From positions 1 through 49,060 of the forward strand of contig CAKJZE010000049.1 in NCBI GenBank assembly GCA_918285425.1: a DNA stretch of 49,060 nt, read 5' to 3'. The DNA is from Clostridiales bacterium (GTDB taxonomy: Bacteria > Bacillota > Clostridia > Christensenellales > UBA1242). Under the pieces are notes generated by a model that saw only the letters and a program-made list of their open reading frames with translations, ran no database searches and was not told the origin of the DNA. A program made the position numbers and the translations under genes. Below, piece by piece: positions 43,285-49,060 of this stretch (positions are counted from its first letter, which is position 1; each line of letters opens with the position of its first letter).

Positions 43285-46200
43285 CTAGTGATCCCATACA
43301 GCATAGAGTGTTAAGTTGCTGTTGACTTTCACAGTATTTATCGCCGACGTACTGTTACTTGCTTGAGACGTTGACCAACCTTTAGTCTTATATGTGTAAG
43401 ACTTAGAGAATATAAACTTATATGTAACTTTTATAGTCGCTGAATATCCAGAAAGATTCATTTGTGTTCCAGCGGCGACATATTGAGTTGCAGGTGCTGT
43501 AGGTGCACTTGTTATCGTTCCGTTGTTTGTCCACCAAGATGGTTTATACCAAGAAACATCAAACTGAACTTTATAATATGTTGTAACGCTGTAATTTGCG
43601 CTTATTGTCAGGTTCTTTGATGGCATTGTTGTTGTGCTATTGTTCCAACCGGTATAAGTGTAAATCTTATATGATCCATCACTATTATTAATTTTTACTG
43701 GAGAAGTTGAAACACTTGGATAACTTATGCTTGCACCAACAAGAACTCTTGTTGAAGACAACTGTCTTGTGATTTGGCCACTTGACGAATTGATATCATA
43801 GAATGTCAAAGTATAATAAGTTAAATATGTTGCCTGTATTGTCAAATCACTTGTAGGCATTGTTGTTACACTTGAATCCCAACCATTAAATACATAATGT
43901 CCGGTCTCACCACCAACTGTTATATCATATTCAGTGTGTGCAAGTGTTGGATATGTTACTGTATCACCTTCAAGCATTGTTGTTGAAACAATAGAGTTAT
44001 TTATTTGTGCAGTTAAAGTGTTGATGTCATAGATATTTAAAGTGTAGTAACCTCTTCTTGAAACTTCATTATAGTTCGCATAGATTGTTACATCGTGGTT
44101 TGGCATTTCTGTCAAATACTCACTGTATCCAACAAAGTTAAGAATTACATGATATTCTCTTGAGCCAACGAATTCATCATATTCAACAACATCTGGAAGC
44201 TCTGGCAATACAACTTCTTCACCATTTGTCTTTGTTTGTGAGACCAGAACTGTTCCGTCATAGTTATAAACTGTCAATGTACTGATATAAACACGTCTTG
44301 AAACATCTTCCTGATACTGTGCAGTTGCAACAATATCACTTGCAAAATTGTATTCAGTAATTGAATTATTATTTTGATCTTTATAACCAATAAAGTCATA
44401 ATAGTATCTTACATTTCCATCTTCCACAACTTGTGTTTCATGTGTTGGCAATACATATACTTCATGATCATTAAGTTCTTTCAAGGTTTGATTTATGCCA
44501 AGCATATCATTAACTATTGAGATTGTATGATATTCTCTTACATACTCATCAAATACAGCGGTAAATTGAACATCTTGTGTCAATGAATAAGCAGTTCCGC
44601 CTGCGTAAACAGCCGATCCATCACTCCAACCTACAAAGGTGTAAACAATATTCATAACACCATTATCAAATGTTGTTTTAGTAATGTTTGGCAAAGTGAT
44701 GTTTGTACCTTCAAGTTGTTTATTATTTGCGACTGCTGTTCCGCCATTGCTGTTAAATGTTGCAGTTCTGTAATATACAACAACTTCTTGCCACAATCCA
44801 TTTATTGTTTTATTGTCGTCAAGGTTGATTGTGACATTTTTACCTATGTTGTTTCCGGCAAGTGCCCAACCAAGGAATGTGTATGTATTTCTTGTTACAC
44901 CATCATCAACAATATAGTCAGCAAGAGCTGAAACAGGTATTTGTGTTCCATCAAGATTTCTTGTAACATAACTGTCTGTACCATTATTGTTATTTACAAC
45001 AAGATCATAGTAGTTAGTTATATTCTCATCAAACACAGCCACAAAGTGAACATCTTGTGTCAAAGTATAAGCAGTACCGCCTGTATAAATGTTTGATCCA
45101 TCACTCCAGCCAGTAAAGGTGTAAATTATTCTTACAATGTTATCATCATATGTCGCTTTTATAATTGTTGGAAGTGTTATCACTGTTCCTTCAAGTTGTT
45201 TATTATTTTGTACTGACGTTCCACCATTGCTGTCAAATGTTGCAGTGCGATAGTAAACAACAACTTCGTTCCATAGTCCAACGATTGTCTTGTTGTCATC
45301 AAGCTCAATTGTAACATTCTTTCCAATATTCACACCACCAAGTGCCCAACCAAGGAATGTGTATGTATTTCTTGTTACACCATCATCAACAACATAGTCA
45401 GAAAGAGCTGAAATATTAACATTTGTGTACTGCAGCTGTTTATATGTTTGATTGTTTGTTCCGTTATTGTTTATAACTGTCAAAGTTTTATAATATTGCA
45501 CTGAAGCAATTTCCCAATGTGCTGTAAGTGTCATATTATTTGCTGGATAGTATGTAAGTGTGCACTTATTTCCATCAGCATCAAACCAGCCAAGGAATGT
45601 ATATGTTGTTCTTGTAACACCATTGTCCACAACCTTTGTTGGTGTTGGAAGAGTCATATTTGAGCCAAGATTTCCACTCAAACTTGAAGCGCCTGTTCCG
45701 CCGTCTTTATTCAATGTGATTGTGATTGTCTTTTTGTTTGTTTGACTGAATGAGCCACTGCCCTCTTTTGCATACTCTCCATATGGATTGTAAGCATAGT
45801 TGTTGATAAAGTTATTTGCAGAAGTGATGTCAACCGCTTGACCAATGTTCTTTAAATAAAGTTTATTACTGCTGTCTGTTTTAAGTGACAATAAGTTGTC
45901 AAGCATCTTCATATCAATATCCATAGCATACAAATAATCTTTATAGCCGGTTGACGCATTATTTGTTGTTGTAAGCGTGATGCTGAGTTCACCTATATCA
46001 TCATTATGAGCAATCTTTTGCAAGTTAAGTTTGATATAGTGGCTGTTGCCTGACTTAGAGTAGCTTAAAATGATGTTTGAATAATCGTCATTTCCGTTAT
46101 AATTCATTGAAACATCAATTGCTTCGTCAATCTTATTCTGAATCATTGACGTAAATCCAAGAAGCCAATTCAAATAGTATTTGATATTATCGATAAGATA

Positions 46201-49060
46201 GCCCGGAGTTATGCGTGTGATTCGTTCATATGATTTATAATCTGCCATAGTTATGCCTAAAAGTTTATACTTATAAGCATCGTCATAGGTTTTAAGATAC
46301 ATCTCGCCATCTTTGTAATAGATTGAAATTGTTCTGTATCTCATTTGAGTAAGGGTTCCGCCTTTCTCATTAGTATTTGCATCATTTACTTCAACAATCA
46401 TTGGGTAATTTGAAAGCGTCAATGATATTATTGGTTTTTTGTTTTCGTCAAGTTTAACACGGAAATCAACATCAATCTTTGCCGCATCTATGCTTGAAAC
46501 TGAAAGCATAACCTTTCCTTGAACAAGATAGTCATTAAGTTGAGATGTGTTAAGGAATGCTTTAATTAAATCCACACTATTTGAAAGATCAATATATGAT
46601 GAAGTTGCACTATTTGAAATTCTTCTTTCAAACACGATCGATGCATTTATATAACTGTTTGTTTCTGCATCTGTGTAAACATTATTAACTTCAAGTTTTG
46701 TTATTCTTCCATTTGCTGTTGAAAGTTTAATTTCGAAATCTTTACCCGTTGTGCTGTTAAATAATGCACTGTCAATAAGAATCGTAAATACACCATCTTT
46801 TAATGTTATGCTCTTTAAATAGTTAAGCATTGTGAATGGATTTCCAAGGTCAATTGCAGGAAGTGATGATTGCAAGTTGCTTGTATCTATTTCAGTTGTA
46901 TCGGCAACCTCACCGATTAAGCTTGCCAGGTTTGGATCAAGACCCATAACTTCAAGTGCCATTGAAAGTACTTGTGACAAACTGTTTCTTGCAATTTTTA
47001 TTCTCATTCCATAGAAATCAATAAAGAATATGTCATCTTGGAAACCAATATTTAAATATCTATCAGACTTACTATTACTTTCATAGAAGTTAACTTTTGC
47101 AAAGAACTCAAGCGGATCTTCTTGAATTGTATTCATCACAGCTGAAATTGCATCAGTGATAACTTTATATGAAACATAATCTCCACTGTTTATATTATCA
47201 AGTATAATATCGTCAAAATCAACAACTGTAATATCAAGATAGTATTGATAATTGTTATCCTCACTACTCTTGTTATAGCCAAGTGTTACCCTGTTAACCA
47301 AATCATCATAGAAGCAACCAATATCAATGCCATATGACAATTTTGCTTGAAGTTCACCTTCACTAAACTCTGCACCCTTTATAATATTGAGATCAAAATT
47401 AGCAAGCATGTTTAGTATCTCATCAATACTGAAATTTAAACTTGTCTCACCTTTAATCACTCTTCTTATGTGGTTAAGATCAATATTTTCTTCCATTCCA
47501 AGCACATTTTTAATTTCAGTTAAAATATCAAAACCAAACTCGTCTTTAATCCAAGCAAACAAAGCTTCATGCTCTTCAAACGTAGCTTTTATCTGCAATC
47601 TGTTGTCCGCTCTGTTGCTTACTCCACCAAGATCCAAATAGAAGACGCCATCAACATAATAGATATTAATATTCAAGCCATTAAATGTGGTTGTCATAAA
47701 TGCAGTAAGCTTCTTGTCTGCAATCTTTAATCCATAGTTTGCAACTATATGATTGATATTTCCATTAAACTTAAAGTCAAATGCAACTTCACCACTAATT
47801 GATCCGTTTTTCACAGTTTCATAGGTTCTTTCTGCAAGATCAGCCAATGACTTGATATCAAGATATGGCACTTTATCTTCTTCGTCCATAAATCCTATAA
47901 TTGATGCAGTCTGATCTATACTTATTGTTAAATCTATATATTTGTCACCAATTTTCAACTTGTCAATCTTTACATAGGTCAAATTGCCATCTGCAATATT
48001 TACGATAATGTCAAGTTTAATTTCAAGACCAATACAAGTAAGATCGACTGAAAGGACAATTTTTTCACTGTCTATCTTAACATTTTCCAAAATTTGACTT
48101 AAAGTATTGTCTATATTAATGTTTATGTCATCTTTAAGATCTTCAAAAGTTTGGTCAAGTCCATCACCAAAGTCATAACCGGCAAATGCCTCTGAAATTG
48201 CTTGTCCACCAAGAATATTAAGTATTCTGTTTATCAGATCATCATATTCATCAGTATCCATATCTGCAAGACCAAGAATCTTGTGCATTGTGTAAAGAAC
48301 TTTATCAGAATCAATTCTTATCTTAAATCCATTGATGTTGGCAAATATGTCAGAATTTTCCAACTTGCCTTGTAAATTAAATATGTTTTGTTTATATCTG
48401 ACTATAAAGTCTGCCAATGCAAGCAATGTATCTTGAGTATGATTTTTATTTATAACGCCAGTAAATCCAAAATCACTTACATATTCATTATTAACTAAAT
48501 CATAAAGATCAAATGTAATATCTGCATTTATGATGTTTGCATTTTCAAGTGCTTTAATATTATCAATAAAGTTAAATACATCAAGGTACTTATCTTCGTC
48601 AACTGTAACAGTTTCAACATCACTTCTGTCAAGATTAATCTTCACTGATCCTTTTACATCGACGTCAAGCTCAAGATTATTAATTTCAAGTGCAACAATA
48701 TTTGAATCGTCAAGCGTAATTGTTATTTGTAAATCTTCTTCAATATCAAGATAGTTTTTATTTATTATTAATTTTATTAAATTTGAATTTATGCTTATAA
48801 CTTTTATTGCATTAATGTCTTCTTCAGTGAATACAGCAATTAAATTTTTAACTGTTCCAATCAGCTTCATTGACAACAAATTGTTTAATATTGCACTTGT
48901 GTCAACACTATCAAATGATACATTATTTGAAATTAATGCAATAATTTTTTCAATATTTTCTTTTTCTGCTTTTACGTATATGTCTTGGAATTTAATGTAT
49001 GCCTCATCATTATAATAAGATAACGCAAGATCAATGTTGTTTCCTTTATAATTTACAAGA
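43285..49060 (-). CDS. Giant (>1924 aa) protein, 5'-partial, with ten C-terminal InlB-type B-repeats (Listeria-Bacteroides repeat)
   Basis: The ORF track starts it at TTG 48879. I translated 48880-49059 in the same frame and found no stop codon, so the gene continues beyond the window. The C-terminal 800 aa contain ten ~80-aa units with the Y-T-F-x-G-W hallmark. Confidence 0.8.
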   Translation of the reverse strand, partial: LVNYKGNNIDLALSYYNDEAYIKFQDIYVKAEKENIEKIIALISNNVSFDSVDTSAILNNLLSMKLIGTVKNLIAVFTEEDINAIKVISINSNLIKLIINKNYLDIEEDLQITITLDDSNIVALEINNLELDVDVKGSVKINLDRSDVETVTVDEDKYLDVFNFIDNIKALENANIINADITFDLYDLVNNEYVSDFGFTGVINKNHTQDTLLALADFIVRYKQNIFNLQGKLENSDIFANINGFKIRIDSDKVLYTMHKILGLADMDTDEYDDLINRILNILGGQAISEAFAGYDFGDGLDQTFEDLKDDININIDNTLSQILENVKIDSEKIVLSVDLTCIGLEIKLDIIVNIADGNLTYVKIDKLKIGDKYIDLTISIDQTASIIGFMDEEDKVPYLDIKSLADLAERTYETVKNGSISGEVAFDFKFNGNINHIVANYGLKIADKKLTAFMTTTFNGLNINIYYVDGVFYLDLGGVSNRADNRLQIKATFEEHEALFAWIKDEFGFDILTEIKNVLGMEENIDLNHIRRVIKGETSLNFSIDEILNMLANFDLNIIKGAEFSEGELQAKLSYGIDIGCFYDDLVNRVTLGYNKSSEDNNYQYYLDITVVDFDDIILDNINSGDYVSYKVITDAISAVMNTIQEDPLEFFAKVNFYESNSKSDRYLNIGFQDDIFFIDFYGMRIKIARNSLSQVLSMALEVMGLDPNLASLIGEVADTTEIDTSNLQSSLPAIDLGNPFTMLNYLKSITLKDGVFTILIDSALFNSTTGKDFEIKLSTANGRITKLEVNNVYTDAETNSYINASIVFERRISNSATSSYIDLSNSVDLIKAFLNTSQLNDYLVQGKVMLSVSSIDAAKIDVDFRVKLDENKKPIISLTLSNYPMIVEVNDANTNEKGGTLTQMRYRTISIYYKDGEMYLKTYDDAYKYKLLGITMADYKSYERITRITPGYLIDNIKYYLNWLLGFTSMIQNKIDEAIDVSMNYNGNDDYSNIILSYSKSGNSHYIKLNLQKIAHNDDIGELSITLTTTNNASTGYKDYLYAMDIDMKMLDNLLSLKTDSSNKLYLKNIGQAVDITSANNFINNYAYNPYGEYAKEGSGSFSQTNKKTITITLNKDGGTGASSLSGNLGSNMTLPTPTKVVDNGVTRTTYTFLGWFDADGNKCTLTYYPANNMTLTAHWEIASVQYYKTLTVINNNGTNNQTYKQLQYTNVNISALSDYVVDDGVTRNTYTFLGWALGGVNIGKNVTIELDDNKTIVGLWNEVVVYYRTATFDSNGGTSVQNNKQLEGTVITLPTIIKATYDDNIVRIIYTFTGWSDGSNIYTGGTAYTLTQDVHFVAVFDENITNYYDLVVNNNNGTDSYVTRNLDGTQIPVSALADYIVDDGVTRNTYTFLGWALAGNNIGKNVTINLDDNKTINGLWQEVVVYYRTATFNSNGGTAVANNKQLEGTNITLPNITKTTFDNGVMNIVYTFVGWSDGSAVYAGGTAYSLTQDVQFTAVFDEYVREYHTISIVNDMLGINQTLKELNDHEVYVLPTHETQVVEDGNVRYYYDFIGYKDQNNNSITEYNFASDIVATAQYQEDVSRRVYISTLTVYNYDGTVLVSQTKTNGEEVVLPELPDVVEYDEFVGSREYHVILNFVGYSEYLTEMPNHDVTIYANYNEVSRRGYYTLNIYDINTLTAQINNSIVSTTMLEGDTVTYPTLAHTEYDITVGGETGHYVFNGWDSSVTTMPTSDLTIQATYLTYYTLTFYDINSSSGQITRQLSSTRVLVGASISYPSVSTSPVKINNSDGSYKIYTYTGWNNSTTTMPSKNLTISANYSVTTYYKVQFDVSWYKPSWWTNNGTITSAPTAPATQYVAAGTQMNLSGYSATIKVTYKFIFSKSYTYKTKGWSTSQASNSTSAINTVKVNSNLTLYAVWDH
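43288..45735 (-). repeat. Array of ten ~80-aa B-repeat units within the giant gene
   Basis: Recurrent YTFLGW / YTFTGW / YTFVGW / DFIGY / NFVGY / VFNGW / YTYTGW / TKGW motifs, each preceded by (Y)Y-x-hydrophobic beta-strand starts. Confidence 0.7.
44530..45489. repeat. Tandem duplication, 2 x 480 bp (two B-repeat pairs)
   Basis: Sequence lines 480 nt apart align base for base over long stretches. For example, 44861-44912 is identical to 45341-45392, and 44701-44760 aligns with 45181-45240. Confidence 0.85.

Overview
AT-rich chromosomal segment, genetic code 11, from a low-GC and probably spore-forming Firmicute. All domain, motif and RNA calls were made by eye from the supplied translations and sequence. 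No database search, alignment or folding program was run. Housekeeping content: the yabP-yabQ-divIC sporulation/division cluster, recD2, comFC, secA, a eukaryote/archaeal-type hisS, an nrdD / thioredoxin-reductase-like / nrdG operon, an [FeFe]-hydrogenase, trpF, a LemA/DUF3137 pair, UPF0371, and four tRNAs (Glu-UUC, Met-CAU, Ser-GCU, Arg-CCU). Hairpin terminators and sigma-A-like promoters are readable throughout. No CRISPR array, integrase, transposase or rRNA was seen. Regions worth a second look: (1) The left end (9-4459) holds a membrane-anchored Mrr-type nuclease-domain protein, a small zinc-ribbon protein, and a 595-aa protein with two HEPN-like Rx4H motifs. The 595-aa gene sits between divIC and the tRNA-Met/tRNA-Glu pair, where Bacillus carries yabR. 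(2) A very AT-rich three-gene cassette (33759-36646) lies against the 3' end of tRNA-Arg. It encodes a radical SAM/SPASM enzyme, a xylose-isomerase-like TIM barrel and a methyltransferase, and is preceded by a promoter, a 10-codon micro-ORF and an intrinsic terminator. This is my best candidate for an undescribed system, either RiPP-like or cyclitol/sugar modifying. (3) A 447-aa protein (16405-17748) ends in a diadenylate-cyclase-like domain with a degenerate RHR motif and sits next to an unexplained 25-31 bp direct repeat. (4) NrdD is fused to a C-terminal thioredoxin-fold CPNC domain and is followed by a thioredoxin-reductase homologue that lacks both NADPH-binding motifs. (5) A protein of more than 1920 aa runs off the window edge and ends in ten InlB-type B-repeats, including a recent 480-bp tandem duplication.
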